This document shows, one piece after another, positions 27,616 to 38,608 of a DNA stretch of 64,000 nucleotides. The notes beneath the pieces were generated by a model. The model was given only the letters and a program-made list of their open reading frames with translations. It searched no databases and was not told where the DNA came from. Location of the stretch: NCBI GenBank assembly GCA_965219685.1, contig CBDCOH010000002.1, positions 2,624,001 to 2,688,000 of the forward strand, read 5' to 3'. The stretch is from Candidatus Spongiisociaceae bacterium. GTDB lineage: Bacteria; Actinomycetota; Acidimicrobiia; Spongiisociales; Spongiisociaceae. Made by a program: the position numbers and the translations under genes. The number at the start of each line of letters is the position of its first letter. Positions within the stretch are counted from its first letter, which is position 1.

Positions 27616-29662
27616 GGAAGCCGCCCACACAGCCGAACCATTCTTGATCCGGGAGTTGTCCCTGCTCGAGTTCGTACGTCGCGTGCTGGCCCAAGCCGAA
27701 AGGGAGCGCACACCGCTGCTCGAGCGCGTCAGGTACGTAGCCATCGTGAGCGAGCTGATAGACGAGATCTACCAGGTTCGTGTCGCAGGACTCGACGAGC
27801 AGGTTGCGGCGGGCTTCGTGAGCCGTTCCCGGGGTGGGGTCACCGCTCCCGAACTCCTCGACCGGATCCGTAGCGTGGTCAGCGAGATCTGCGAATACCA
27901 GAGCGCTGTGTTCCGTGAGGAAATCCAACCCGCCCTCGAGAGGGTCGGAGTCCGGGTACTCCTCTGGGACGGGCTTGACGAGACCGACCGCGAGTACCTG
28001 AGCGGCGTGTTCCACGAGCAGGTCTACCCGGTCCTGACACCCTTGGCGGTCGATCCGGCGCACCCCTTCCCCTACATCTCGAACCTTTCGATGAACCTCG
28101 CGATCATGGTTCGAGAGCCGGAGACGGGCATCCAACGCTTCGCCCGGGTCAAGGTTCCGCCGATCCTCCCCCGGTTCATCGAGTTGCCCGAAGAGAGGGG
28201 ATTCGTCCCGCTCGAACAGCTCATCTCTGCACATCTGCACGAGCTTTTCCCCGGTATGGACGTCACGGAGTGCCATCCGTTCCGGCTCACCCGTAACACC
28301 GACTACCAGATCGCCGAGTTCGAAACCAGCGACCTACTGGAAGCCCTGAAGTCGGAACTCGGGCGCCGCCGAAGAGGACAGGTGATGCGGCTCGAGGTCG
28401 AGCGCGACATCGATCCCGACGTGCTGCACCTGCTCATGCGCGAGTTGGAGATCAAGGACCGTCATGTCTACCGGATTTCGGGGTTGCTGGGTCTCGGGTC
28501 TCTGACAACCCTCGCTGACCTGGATCTGCCAGAACACAGATGGAAGCCCTTCCCACCGGTGGTCCCGGCCCGCATATCGGGCAACCACGACTTCTTCAGG
28601 ATGATCAGCAAGGGGGACCTGCTCGTCCATCACCCTTACGAGTCGTTCGCAGCTTCGACCGCCGAGTTCGTCCACCAAGCCGCCCACGACCCTCATGTGC
28701 TCGGGATCAAGCAGACCCTGTACCGCACCTCGCCGGACAGCGCCATCGCCCGTTCGCTCATCACCGCGGCGGAGTTGGGCAAGCAGGTCGTGGCCCTCGT
28801 CGAACTCAAGGCGCGTTTCGATGAGCAACGCAACATCGAACGCGCCCAGGCTCTGGAGGAGGCAGGCGTCCACGTGGTGTACGGCTTGGTGGGGCTCAAG
28901 ACCCACGCCAAGCTGTGCCTGGTCGTTCGCCAGGAGGACGGGAAACTGGCCCGCTACGTGCACACGGCAACAGGCAACTACAACGAACGCACGGCCCGCA
29001 TCTACGAGGACGTAGGCCTTTTCACGAAGGATCCCGACATCGGCGCGGATGTGAGCGACCTGTTCAATCAATTGACCGGGTACAGCAAGCAGAAGTCCTA
29101 CCGCAAGCTGGTGGTTGCCCCGGCCGAACTTCGCTCCCACATCGTCGAGCTGATTTTCCGGGAGGCCGAACAGGAGCAGGGTCACATCGTCGCCAAGCTG
29201 AACGGCTTGGTGGACGAGGAGACGATCATGGCGCTGTATGAGGCGTCGAGGGCCGGGACTCGTATAGACCTCATCGTGCGGGGCGTGTGCTGCCTGCGGC
29301 CGGGGATACCCGGGATGAGCGAGAACATCACGGTCCGTTCCATCGTTGGCCGTTTCCTGGAGCACTCCCGGATCTTCCGGTTCGGCCGACCGGAACGCGG
29401 CTTCCGGTACTACATAGGTTCGGCTGACCTGATGCCGCGCAACCTCGACCGGAGGGTGGAGGCTATGTTCCCCGTCGAGGACCGGGAGGCCCAGCGGCGC
29501 CTGGAGGAGATACTGGACCTCTGCCGAGCGGACGACCACCTTGCTTGGGAACTCCAACACGACGGGTCCTACATACGCCGGGGGTACAGGAACGACGTCG
29601 ACGTCCATCAGGCGCTCATGGACACGGCCCTGCGTCGGTCCAGGTCACTGAGAAAGCGGTAG
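27605..29662 (+). CDS. ppk1: Polyphosphate kinase 1
   Basis: DPAHPFP, LLVHHPYESF, ELKARFDE, KTHAK, GRFLEHSR, SADLMPRNLDRRVE. Confidence 0.96.
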   Translation: MVTEEAAHTAEPFLIRELSLLEFVRRVLAQAERERTPLLERVRYVAIVSELIDEIYQVRVAGLDEQVAAGFVSRSRGGVTAPELLDRIRSVVSEICEYQSAVFREEIQPALERVGVRVLLWDGLDETDREYLSGVFHEQVYPVLTPLAVDPAHPFPYISNLSMNLAIMVREPETGIQRFARVKVPPILPRFIELPEERGFVPLEQLISAHLHELFPGMDVTECHPFRLTRNTDYQIAEFETSDLLEALKSELGRRRRGQVMRLEVERDIDPDVLHLLMRELEIKDRHVYRISGLLGLGSLTTLADLDLPEHRWKPFPPVVPARISGNHDFFRMISKGDLLVHHPYESFAASTAEFVHQAAHDPHVLGIKQTLYRTSPDSAIARSLITAAELGKQVVALVELKARFDEQRNIERAQALEEAGVHVVYGLVGLKTHAKLCLVVRQEDGKLARYVHTATGNYNERTARIYEDVGLFTKDPDIGADVSDLFNQLTGYSKQKSYRKLVVAPAELRSHIVELIFREAEQEQGHIVAKLNGLVDEETIMALYEASRAGTRIDLIVRGVCCLRPGIPGMSENITVRSIVGRFLEHSRIFRFGRPERGFRYYIGSADLMPRNLDRRVEAMFPVEDREAQRRLEEILDLCRADDHLAWELQHDGSYIRRGYRNDVDVHQALMDTALRRSRSLRKR

Positions 29663-29666
29663 GCCG

Positions 29667-30149
29667 ATGCCGACGTTAATGCTGCTCCGGCACGCCAAGT
29701 CCGACTGGAGGGCCGACTACGGACACGACCGGGACCGGCCTCTCAACAAACGCGGGGTTCGATCAGCCCGGGCAATCGGCCGGTTCGTGGAGCGCTACGG
29801 ACTGGTTCCGGACCTGGTCCTGACATCGCCGGCGGTCCGGACCGCCACCACTGCCGACCTGGCTGCGGAGGCGGGAACCTGGAAGAGCGAGATCGTGGCC
29901 GTGCCGGACCTGTATGGCGCCGAGCCTAACCGTCTGCTCAGCTTGGTAAGGGGGATCAACGACGTGGACCGTGTGATGGTGGTAGGACACGAACCCACCA
30001 TGTCCGGTTTCTTGGGCCGGATGACGGGCAGCCATCTCCGGGTTCCGACCGCCACGCTGACTTGCCTGCGCCTCTTCTATAGCCGCTGGGCGGACTTGGG
30101 ATGGGGGACCGCCGAAGTCGAGTTGTACATAAGACCGCGCTTACTCTAA
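29667..30149 (+). CDS. sixA: SixA-like histidine phosphatase
   Basis: LLRHAKS, DRPL, VVGHEP. Confidence 0.88.
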   Translation: MPTLMLLRHAKSDWRADYGHDRDRPLNKRGVRSARAIGRFVERYGLVPDLVLTSPAVRTATTADLAAEAGTWKSEIVAVPDLYGAEPNRLLSLVRGINDVDRVMVVGHEPTMSGFLGRMTGSHLRVPTATLTCLRLFYSRWADLGWGTAEVELYIRPRLL

Positions 30150-30413
30150 AGAATTGGTCCAGGACACAAGTCTAGCTTTTTATCTATGGTGTACTAAACC
30201 GCACAGTTGTGCTGTGGTCCAGCCGCGTTCGTCAGCCGGTGACCGTCAGTACTCTCCTGATGTGCTCAGGTAGCTCTAGAACTTCCATCGGTCTCTTGCG
30301 TAAGATGAAAGCGAAGCGGTTTTGCGTCCCCGGCCCGCGTTCCGGTGTAAGTGCACTCGAACTCTCCCACCATTGGATACCGTACAAGGCCGATCGGTCC
30401 GTTAACCTGCTAC

Positions 30414-32270
30414 ATGATCGAGGCGATTGTCGAAGTGGACCCCCCAAGCACACCCTTGCTAGACCGGATCAGAGGACCTGAGGATCTTAGGCGGTTCGAG
30501 ACCCGCGACTTGACGCGCCTCGCCTCCGAGATCCGAAGGCTCATAATCGCGACTGTGAATCGCAACGGGGGCCATTTGGGATCCAACCTGGGAATAGTCG
30601 AGTTGACCATCGCCCTCCACCGTGTGTTCGAGTCTCCCCACGACGTAATCCTTTTCGACACCGGTCATCAGACCTACCCGCACAAGCTTCTCACCGGCAG
30701 GCGCGAGGCATTCGACAGCCTCCGAAGTCCCGGGGGAATGTCCGGGTATCCCAGCCGGGTCGAGTCGTCCCACGACTGGATTGAAAACAGCCACGCGTCC
30801 ACCGCCCTCGCGTACGCACACGGACTGGCGACCGCAGTCAAGGCAAGAGGGGAGGACCGCCAGGTGGTCGCGGTGATAGGAGACGGCTCGTTGACCGGGG
30901 GAATGGCGCTCGAGGGCCTCAACAACCTCGGTCACTCCAGCAGTGACGTGACGATTATTCTCAACGACAACGGCCGCTCCTACGCTCCTACCATTTCAAA
31001 ACTGTCGGAGAGTCTGATCAAGCTCCGCGCCAGCCCCGCATACATGCGAAGGCAGGAGCGCATCGAACAGATTGCCGAATCGGTTCCATGGGTCGGAGAC
31101 ATGCTTCGCCGTGGAATCGACGCCACCAAGATGGCAATACGCCACATGTGGGATCCGCCCGCCATCTTCGAGCAGCTAGGTATTCACTATGTCGGACCCT
31201 ACAACGGCCACGAGATAGCGGAACTCGAGAAGGTTCTGGAGAAGGTGAAGCTGTTCGACGGACCAACTGTGGTCCATGTGATCACCCAGAAGGGCCGCGG
31301 ATACAAACCGGCGGAGAGGGACCCGATCAAGAACATGCACGACCTCTCGTCGATCAAGCAGGGCAGCTACACGGCGGCCTTCGGCGAGCATCTGGTGCGT
31401 ATGGGCGAACGGCACCCGGAATTGGTCGCGGTCACTGCTGCCATGCCCGACTCCACGGGGCTACTGCCTTTCCTGGACCGGTTTCCCGACCGCGCCTTCG
31501 ATGTAGGCATCGCGGAGCAACACGCGGTCACCATGGCCAGCGGGATGGCGATGGGAGGAATGCGCCCGATCGTGGCCATCTACTCGACATTCCTCACCCG
31601 GGCCCTCGATCAGATAAACCTCGACACCGCCCTGCACCGCTGCCCGGTGGTGTTCTGCATCGACCGCGCCGGCATCACCGGGGACGACGGAGCTTCGCAT
31701 CACGGAACCCTGGACATGGTGCTTCTCTCCAAGATCCCGGGCATGACGATCTTCGCGCCCTCATCCTACGAGGAACTCCCGGTGATGCTGGATACCGCCC
31801 TGGAAACCACCTATGGCCCCTGTGCCATCCGTTGGCCCAAGACCGCGGCGCCAAGGGTGTCTCCAGACCAGGTGGGCTCCGGGCTGTCGGCGCGCCGCGC
31901 CCGGGAAGGCTCCGATGTGTGCCTCATCGGGATAGGGAAGATGCTCGCGACCGCCTCCGAAGCCGCCGATCGGCTCGAATCCGAGGGGATCAGTTGCTCG
32001 GTTTGGGACCCCCGGGTGGTCAAGCCGCTGGATCCGGTCATGATCAGCGACGCGATCAGTCACCGTCTAGTGGTCACGGTCGAGGACGGGCTCCGCGAGG
32101 GGGGTATCGGCCAGGCGATCCGCGACCAGATATCCGCCTCGGCGCCCACACCCGTGGTGGTGCTCGGGATACCCACCGTCCACATCCCCCACGGAAGAGT
32201 GGACCAAATCCTGTCCGACTACGGTCTCGACGCCTCCGGGATCGTGGCCAACGCAAAAAAACTCCTCTAA
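30414..32270 (+). CDS. dxs: 1-deoxy-D-xylulose-5-phosphate synthase
   Basis: GGHLGSNLG, DTGHQ, IGDG, LNDN, DVGIAEQHAV, DRAG. Confidence 0.95.
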   Translation: MIEAIVEVDPPSTPLLDRIRGPEDLRRFETRDLTRLASEIRRLIIATVNRNGGHLGSNLGIVELTIALHRVFESPHDVILFDTGHQTYPHKLLTGRREAFDSLRSPGGMSGYPSRVESSHDWIENSHASTALAYAHGLATAVKARGEDRQVVAVIGDGSLTGGMALEGLNNLGHSSSDVTIILNDNGRSYAPTISKLSESLIKLRASPAYMRRQERIEQIAESVPWVGDMLRRGIDATKMAIRHMWDPPAIFEQLGIHYVGPYNGHEIAELEKVLEKVKLFDGPTVVHVITQKGRGYKPAERDPIKNMHDLSSIKQGSYTAAFGEHLVRMGERHPELVAVTAAMPDSTGLLPFLDRFPDRAFDVGIAEQHAVTMASGMAMGGMRPIVAIYSTFLTRALDQINLDTALHRCPVVFCIDRAGITGDDGASHHGTLDMVLLSKIPGMTIFAPSSYEELPVMLDTALETTYGPCAIRWPKTAAPRVSPDQVGSGLSARRAREGSDVCLIGIGKMLATASEAADRLESEGISCSVWDPRVVKPLDPVMISDAISHRLVVTVEDGLREGGIGQAIRDQISASAPTPVVVLGIPTVHIPHGRVDQILSDYGLDASGIVANAKKLL

Positions 32271-32419
32271 GCTGGCCGAATTACGTCACTCGTTCCGAAC
32301 CCGGTGCTCTATAGTCTGACAGTGGAGAAGAGTTCACGTCTCCGTACGACTTCCCAAGCACGATTGTCTCGCTGGTAGAGACGGGACGGACAGCCGAACG
32401 AAGGAAAGGTTCTCAAACA

Positions 32420-33574
32420 ATGGTTAAACGACTCGCACCGCTGATCTGCGTGTTGGCTTTGGTTGTCACTGCCTGCGGCACAGACGACGAAACCACAACC
32501 GAGACGCAGCCAGCCACGACAGCTGCCGCCGAGGTCACAACGACTGCCGCCGCTGAGCCGACTACCACCGTGTCTGTCGACTTTGCCCAGGACGATGGCA
32601 CCCTCGCCGCAGTCCAAGCACGTGGCTCCTTGCGCTGTGGAGTCTCGACCAGCGCCATTGGCTTTGCCGAACCTCAGGACGATGGTTCATTCAAGGGATT
32701 CGACGCCGACTACTGCCGCGCTCTGGCTGCAGCGGTTCTCGGTGATGCCAACGCTGTCGAGTTTGTCGGCACCACCGCTGCCGAGCGCTTCAACGTGTTG
32801 GCCTCCGGCGAGATCGACGTGTTGTTCCGCAACACCACCTGGACACAGAGCCGGGACACCGAGATCGGTGGCGACTTCGGACCCACCACGTTCTACGACG
32901 GCCAGCAGATCATGGGGAAGGCCGACTTCGGCTTCGACGATGCTTCGACGCTCGAAGATGTGGACGGGGCCAGGCTCTGTACCAACGCCGGAACCACCAC
33001 TGAGAAGAACATCACCGAGGGTGCCCGAGTGGTCGGCGCCGAGATCGAGCTCGTGACCGTCGAGAACTTCCCTGAGGCGATGGAGTTGTTCCGGGAAGGC
33101 TCTTGTGACCTGGTGACCACCGACGGATCGGCCCTGTTCGGCCATCGCTACTCAGCTATCCAGAACGGTGAGATCGCGGAGGGAGACTGGATCATCTTCC
33201 CGACCACGCCGATCTCCAAGGAGCCCCTCGGACCGATGTACCGCCAGAACGACAGTCAATGGGCCGACGTCGTCAACTGGTTGGTGTACATCTTGATAAT
33301 CGCCGACGAGAAGGGCATCACGTCCGCGAACATCGAGGATATGGTTGCCAACCCGCCCGACCCTGAGGCTGGCCGGTTCCTCGGAGTGGGCGAGGACGAA
33401 TTGCAGACCAAGATGGGCCTCTCGGCCGACGCGTATGCCCAGGCAATCCGCCAGGTCGGGAACTACGACGAGATCTACGTCAACAACCTGCGCCCGCTCG
33501 GCTTCACCAGGGCGGGGTCCGCCAACGCCCGGTGGACCGAAGGTGGTCTGGTCTACGCGCCTCCGGCTCGCTGA
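32420..33574 (+). CDS. General L-amino acid ABC transporter substrate-binding lipoprotein (AapJ/BztA-like)
   Basis: Lipobox VTAC, RNTTWT, YDGQ, SKEPLGP, VGNY.EIY. Confidence 0.9.
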   Translation: MVKRLAPLICVLALVVTACGTDDETTTETQPATTAAAEVTTTAAAEPTTTVSVDFAQDDGTLAAVQARGSLRCGVSTSAIGFAEPQDDGSFKGFDADYCRALAAAVLGDANAVEFVGTTAAERFNVLASGEIDVLFRNTTWTQSRDTEIGGDFGPTTFYDGQQIMGKADFGFDDASTLEDVDGARLCTNAGTTTEKNITEGARVVGAEIELVTVENFPEAMELFREGSCDLVTTDGSALFGHRYSAIQNGEIAEGDWIIFPTTPISKEPLGPMYRQNDSQWADVVNWLVYILIIADEKGITSANIEDMVANPPDPEAGRFLGVGEDELQTKMGLSADAYAQAIRQVGNYDEIYVNNLRPLGFTRAGSANARWTEGGLVYAPPAR

Positions 33575-33603
33575 TCGCGCAACGAACACATGAACCCGAA
33601 TTA

Positions 33604-33635
33604 TGGAGGGGGGCACCGTACGGTGCCCCCCTCCA
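33604..33635 (+). terminator. Perfect hairpin between the binding-protein and permease genes (attenuator or mRNA stabiliser)
   Basis: TGGAGGGGGGCACCG-TA-CGGTGCCCCCCTCCA. Confidence 0.75.
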
Positions 33636-33683
33636 CGCGTAACTTATTGGTATGGTCTAGGTACCAGCTAAGCGGACGGTCAA

Positions 33684-35237
33684 TTGGCTAAGACCACCGA
33701 GAAGTCGCCTCACCCCCGGGTACCCATATGGCGGAACGTGGTGGTCATCAAGTGGGCCACCCAGCTCGGTGTTCTCTTCGGTCTCATCTGGCTGGCCTTC
33801 ATCCTGATCACCCAGGCAACCGGAAACCTCCGGGCCACGGGTATCCCGTTCGCATGGGACTTCCTCGGTGAACCGCTGGGCGTCAAGCTCGGTGAGGGGT
33901 TCAACACCGACCCCGAGTCGGGCCTGGAGGCCTTGGCGGTGGGCATGGTCAACATGCTCCGGATCACATGGAGCGGCGTCATCGCCGCCACCATCCTCGG
34001 CACGCTGATCGGGATATCCAGGCTCTCCTCCAACTGGATCGTCTCCAGGATCGCCAACTCGTATATCGAGTTCTTCCGCAATATCCCCCTCCTGGTGCAG
34101 ATCCTGTTCTGGCAGGCCCTGATCATCGGACTCCTCCCCGATCTAACTCCCGAGATGGAGGGGAGCCGGTGGTTGTTCGCCAGCCCGAAGGGCATAGCCT
34201 TCCCCTGGTTCACGCCTCAAGCCGGCCGTTGGCAGTACACCGTGCTGGTGATCATCGGGATCGCGGCAGCACGTTGGGTCTACCGGCACCGGATCAAGCT
34301 CCAAGAAAGCGAAGGCCGCGAGAGCCACGCCTTCGCTTGGTCGATCGGTACATTCGGCGTATTCCTGGTCGGAGGCTGGTTCGCGCATCCGGTCGCCGGC
34401 GTGTTGGGATGGCTCCTCACCGCTCTGGCATGGCTCTGCGGGGCGGTACCGGTGATGGCATTCCAGTTAGGGTTGGCCGTACTGGCCATCTGGTTGGCGG
34501 TCCGCTACATCCTTCGATACCTGAGGCGGCTCCGCTCCCCTGCCGGGATGGCCAAGCTCTCCGACGATGACTTCTTCCGCTTGGCGGTGGCGGCCGTGCT
34601 CGGGATCGGTTTGATGCTGTTCTTCGTCTCCGGGGCCGGGCGAGCCACCCTCTCCGCGGTTCTCGGACGGACGCTGTGGTACCAGATGAACTGGGGATTC
34701 GAACCACTGTTCGACTTCCTGGCCTCGAGGTTCGATTTCTCCGGTGGAGCACCCCTGCGTTTCAGCCTTCCCGAGGTGGTGGTCCCCACGAGGTTCCCCC
34801 AATACTCCGGCGAGGTCGGCAAGGCACTCACGCCGGGCTTCGTGGCCGTCTGGATGGGGGTCACGCTCTACACCGCGGCCTTCATCGGCGAGATCGTGCG
34901 GGCCGGCATCATGGCCGTGGCGCGCGGTCAGGGCGAGGCCGCCGCGGCGGTCGGTCTGCGCCGGGGACAGGTGCTGCGGTTGGTCGTACTTCCCCAGGCG
35001 TTCCGGATAATCCTCCCTCCGCTCGGTTCCCAGTACCTGAACCTGGCCAAGAACACCTCCCTCGGCATCGCCGTGGCCTACGCCGACATCGTCCAAGTCG
35101 GGCAGACCATCTTCAACCAGGAAGGCCAGGCGCTGGCGGTGTTCATATTCTGGATGGGCTTCTACTCGATCGTAAGCCTGATCCTGTCGGGAATCGTCAA
35201 CTACTACAACCGCAAGCTGGCGTTGGTGGAGCGTTGA
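33684..35237 (+). CDS. Amino acid ABC permease (AapQ/BztB-like, extended)
   Basis: LSSNW, YIEFFRNIPLL, EAA loop GQGEAAAAVGL, YLNLAKNTSL. Confidence 0.9.
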   Translation: MAKTTEKSPHPRVPIWRNVVVIKWATQLGVLFGLIWLAFILITQATGNLRATGIPFAWDFLGEPLGVKLGEGFNTDPESGLEALAVGMVNMLRITWSGVIAATILGTLIGISRLSSNWIVSRIANSYIEFFRNIPLLVQILFWQALIIGLLPDLTPEMEGSRWLFASPKGIAFPWFTPQAGRWQYTVLVIIGIAAARWVYRHRIKLQESEGRESHAFAWSIGTFGVFLVGGWFAHPVAGVLGWLLTALAWLCGAVPVMAFQLGLAVLAIWLAVRYILRYLRRLRSPAGMAKLSDDDFFRLAVAAVLGIGLMLFFVSGAGRATLSAVLGRTLWYQMNWGFEPLFDFLASRFDFSGGAPLRFSLPEVVVPTRFPQYSGEVGKALTPGFVAVWMGVTLYTAAFIGEIVRAGIMAVARGQGEAAAAVGLRRGQVLRLVVLPQAFRIILPPLGSQYLNLAKNTSLGIAVAYADIVQVGQTIFNQEGQALAVFIFWMGFYSIVSLILSGIVNYYNRKLALVER

Positions 35238-35238
35238 G

Positions 35239-37725
35239 ATGACCACACCAACGCCCACTCTCGGCGCCAACGGCATGATTGAGCGAGCTCCCGAACCTCC
35301 GCCCGCCGGACCCTGGCGGTGGATGCGGGAGAACCTGTTCTCCGGCCACACCTGGGGCCAGATCACATTCAACACCTTCCTCACGCTGGTCTTCGCCCTG
35401 GTCCTCGTGAACATCCTACGGTTCATAACCACCTACCTCTTCGCTCCGGAACGCAAGTGGGCCGCGGTCACCCACAACGCGAAGCTCCTGATGGTCCAAG
35501 CGTTCCCGCAGGACGACCTGATCCGGATCTGGACGTCCCTGGGTATCTTCATGGTGCTGGTGGTCTGGTCCCTGGCGTCCTGGAAGGTAGGCGGCCGACT
35601 CGATCTCTCCACCTTCGCCGGAGGTCTGCGGACCACGGCTGTCCTGATGGCGGTGACAGCGATAATGCACCACGCGGCCGAGACACGCACGTTCGGCATT
35701 CCTATCCTGCAGTTCGACTCTCCCGCCGGCTGGAGTACCGTCCGTACCTGGATACTCGTCGCCGCGGTCTTGACGGCCGTCCTGGCCCACATCACTATCC
35801 GTTGGAGCCGCGCCGCCGACCCATCACCGACCATCCCGGTTCTGACCGTGCCGGTGATGATCATGGCGGTGGTGACCGCGTTCCTCTGGACCGTGAAGCT
35901 CCCCGTTCCGTTGGGCCAGTTCGACCAGACCACCGCACCGATAGCCGCCACCACCGCCGGTCCGTGGACGGTCCTGTTCGCATTGGCAGTAGTCGCCTAC
36001 CCGCTCGGCCTTCTGATCGAACGCATCTGGCCCCGCGCCTTCCGGCGGTTCCTGATCTCGGCCTGGGTCCTTTCCTACCCGGTGATCATCTTCGTCATCC
36101 AGCGCAACCCGGTCCTCGACTGGTCCGACATGATCATGCTGCTGGCAGTGGTACTGGGTGCCGGCGCGCTCCGGGTGCTGGTACTTCTCCCCAGAGGGCC
36201 GACCGCTACAGCGGTTGTGGTGGCGATCGGGCTGGTGACGGCCGCCGTACCATTCACCTCCGGGGAGGAACCGCTCTGGGCCACTGCGGGGATGGCGCTG
36301 ATCGGGTTGGCAATACTGATCGCCGCCCTGACGGTGGAAGAGCCGGTGAGAATGGTCCGGGCATCGGCGGCGGGCCTGATGCTGGCCTGCCTCTTGATCT
36401 GGTTCATCCCGATGCCGTTCCTCTACCGCATCCTGTTCATGGCCTTCACCCTGTTCCTGCTGGTAACACCCAGATCCGGAGTGACGCAGAGGGGAAGGAC
36501 AAACCTGGTCCGGGCCTGGATAGCAGCTGCGGTGCTGATAGTGGTGGCCTTCCGGCTGAGCGCCACCTTCCTCGACGACGCGAGCCTGACCGTCTTCCTA
36601 CGGTCCGATGTCGTGTCCATCCTTGTGGCAGTACTGCTGGGCGGCGGCGCGCTCCGGGTTCTGAGCCTTCTCCCCAAAGGGCCGACCGCTACAGCGGTTG
36701 TGGTGGCGATCGGGCTGGTGACGGCCGCCGTGCCATTCACCTCCGGGGAGGAACCGCTCTGGGCCACTGCGGGGATGGCGCTGATCGGGTTGGCAATACT
36801 GATCGCCGCCCTGACGGTGGAAGAGCCGGTGGAAATGGTCCGGGCATCGGCGGCGGGCCTGATGCTGGCCTGCCTCTTGATCTGGTTCATCCCGATGCCG
36901 TTCCTCTACCGCATCCTGTTCATGGCCTTCACCCTGTTCCTGCTGGTAACACCCACTTTCGGAGGAACGCAGAGGGGAAGGACAAACCTGGTCCGGGCCT
37001 GGATAGCAGCTGCGGTGCTGATAGTGGTGGCCTTCCGGCTGGGCGCGGCCAACACGTCCCTCGAGTTCCAAGGCACCACCTTCCTGGGGGGGTTCAATCT
37101 GACTATCCTCCTAGCCGTCAGCGGGATCGCCCTGTCCCTCCCCATCGGTCTGATCCTCGCCCTGGCCCGGACGTCGTCCATGCCCATCTTCCGCCTACTG
37201 GCCACCGGCTACATCGAGTTGGTACGCAGCGTTCCGATGATCACATGGCTGTTCTTCGGGTCTGCGATGCTCACCGCCTTCCTCCCCGCCGGAGTCGAGT
37301 TCGACGAAATCGTCCGGATAGTCGCAGCCATCACCATCTTCAACTCGGCGTACGTAGCGGAGAACATCCGGGGGGGACTGCAGGCCATCGACAGGGGCCA
37401 GTACGAGGCGGCTAGGGCTGCGGGCCTCAGCATCGTCCAGTCCACCTCGCTGGTGATCCTGCCCCAGGCGGTGCGGACGGTGATCCCGGCGCTGGTCGGG
37501 TCGGTGATCGTCGCCTTCAAGGACACGTCGCTTGTGGCCATCATCGGGCTGGCAGACATCCTGCTGATCGCCCGTAGCTTCATTCCCCAGCAGAGCGACC
37601 CCAACTTCCAGGGCACCCTGCCCCAGATGATGTTCTTCATGGCGCTGTTCTATTGGCTCATCACCTTCACCATCTCACGACTGAGCCTGCGATACGAGCA
37701 CAGCCTCGGTCTCGGCGAACGATGA
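35239..37725 (+). CDS. Amino acid ABC permease (AapM/BztC-like) with internal duplication
   Basis: [32 protein letters not shown]. Confidence 0.88.
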   Translation: MTTPTPTLGANGMIERAPEPPPAGPWRWMRENLFSGHTWGQITFNTFLTLVFALVLVNILRFITTYLFAPERKWAAVTHNAKLLMVQAFPQDDLIRIWTSLGIFMVLVVWSLASWKVGGRLDLSTFAGGLRTTAVLMAVTAIMHHAAETRTFGIPILQFDSPAGWSTVRTWILVAAVLTAVLAHITIRWSRAADPSPTIPVLTVPVMIMAVVTAFLWTVKLPVPLGQFDQTTAPIAATTAGPWTVLFALAVVAYPLGLLIERIWPRAFRRFLISAWVLSYPVIIFVIQRNPVLDWSDMIMLLAVVLGAGALRVLVLLPRGPTATAVVVAIGLVTAAVPFTSGEEPLWATAGMALIGLAILIAALTVEEPVRMVRASAAGLMLACLLIWFIPMPFLYRILFMAFTLFLLVTPRSGVTQRGRTNLVRAWIAAAVLIVVAFRLSATFLDDASLTVFLRSDVVSILVAVLLGGGALRVLSLLPKGPTATAVVVAIGLVTAAVPFTSGEEPLWATAGMALIGLAILIAALTVEEPVEMVRASAAGLMLACLLIWFIPMPFLYRILFMAFTLFLLVTPTFGGTQRGRTNLVRAWIAAAVLIVVAFRLGAANTSLEFQGTTFLGGFNLTILLAVSGIALSLPIGLILALARTSSMPIFRLLATGYIELVRSVPMITWLFFGSAMLTAFLPAGVEFDEIVRIVAAITIFNSAYVAENIRGGLQAIDRGQYEAARAAGLSIVQSTSLVILPQAVRTVIPALVGSVIVAFKDTSLVAIIGLADILLIARSFIPQQSDPNFQGTLPQMMFFMALFYWLITFTISRLSLRYEHSLGLGER
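36145..37041 (+). repeat. Near-identical direct repeat of about 414 bp, period 483 bp (36145-36558, 36628-37041)
   Basis: Same text at offset 483, e.g. GGGCCGACCGCTACAGCGG at 36196 and 36679. Confidence 0.95.
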
Positions 37726-37750
37726 CGATCGAACCATCGAGGAGGACGAC

Positions 37751-38506
37751 ATGACCGGCAACGGACGCACCAAGGGAACACCAGCGATCCTTTGCGAGGA
37801 CGTGAAGAAATGGTTCGGCGACTTCCAGGCGCTGACCGGTGTGACCACCTCGGTGGGCTGGGGCGAGGTGGTGGTGGTCATCGGACCTTCGGGATCGGGC
37901 AAGTCGACTTTCATCCGTTGCATAAACCGCCTCGAGACCCACCAGAAGGGCCGGATCGTGGTCGACGGGATGGAACTCACCAACGATCTCCGCAACATCG
38001 ACGCAATACGCCGGGAAGTCGGTATGGTCTTCCAACAGTTCAACCTGTTCCCCCACCTCACGGTGATGCAGAACATCACCCTGGCGCCGATCTGGGTTCG
38101 CAACCGGACCCGGTCGGATTCGGAGGCAGCCGCCATGAAGTTGCTCGAGCGGGTGGGCATACCCGAACAGGCCGACAAGTACCCGGGGCAGTTGTCCGGA
38201 GGCCAGCAGCAGCGCGTGGCCATCGCCCGTGCCCTAGCTATGAACCCCAAGATCATGCTCTTCGACGAGCCCACCTCCGCTCTCGACCCGGAGATGATCA
38301 AGGAAGTCCTCGACGTCATGAAGGAGTTGGCCGGTGACGGTATGACCATGATCGTGGTCAGCCACGAAATGGGGTTCGCCCGGGAGGTCGCCGACCGGGT
38401 GCTGTTCTTCGACTACGGAACGGTGGTCGAGGAGGGAACGCCGGAGCACTTCTTCACCAATCCCCAGCACGACCGCACCAAGCTGTTCCTCAGCCAGATC
38501 CTCTGA
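37751..38506 (+). CDS. Amino acid ABC ATP-binding protein (AapP/BztD-like)
   Basis: [38 protein letters not shown]. Confidence 0.95.
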   Translation: MTGNGRTKGTPAILCEDVKKWFGDFQALTGVTTSVGWGEVVVVIGPSGSGKSTFIRCINRLETHQKGRIVVDGMELTNDLRNIDAIRREVGMVFQQFNLFPHLTVMQNITLAPIWVRNRTRSDSEAAAMKLLERVGIPEQADKYPGQLSGGQQQRVAIARALAMNPKIMLFDEPTSALDPEMIKEVLDVMKELAGDGMTMIVVSHEMGFAREVADRVLFFDYGTVVEEGTPEHFFTNPQHDRTKLFLSQIL

Positions 38507-38508
38507 GT

Positions 38509-38543
38509 TGGTGACTGGTGACTGGTGACTGGTGACTGGTGAA
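38509..38543 (+). repeat. Heptamer microsatellite (TGGTGAC)4-TGGTGAA
   Basis: Directly visible 2 nt after the stop codon. Confidence 0.9.
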
Positions 38544-38555
38544 TCATGAACACGG

Positions 38556-38588
38556 AGCGGGGCCGGGCTGATGCCCGGCCCCGTTTTT
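38556..38588 (+). terminator. Rho-independent terminator
   Basis: CGGGGCCGGGC-TGAT-GCCCGGCCCCG followed by TTTTT, between convergent genes. Confidence 0.8.
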
Positions 38589-38608
38589 CTCGCTGATAGG
38601 GAGGAGGT

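Noticed and set aside
26804-27647. Track ORFs beginning MVDGGWW repeats (also the IHYSLF, MVNGEW and HQSPVTS frames)
   Set aside because: They are translations of non-coding heptamer microsatellites overlapping real genes.
30150-30413. Riboswitch or small gene upstream of dxs
   Set aside because: No recognisable aptamer or convincing ORF; dxs appears leaderless, which argues against a 5' leader.
35319-37415. 698-aa alternative-frame ORF over the duplicated permease
   Set aside because: Arg/Gly/Pro-rich off-frame reading of a GC-rich membrane gene.
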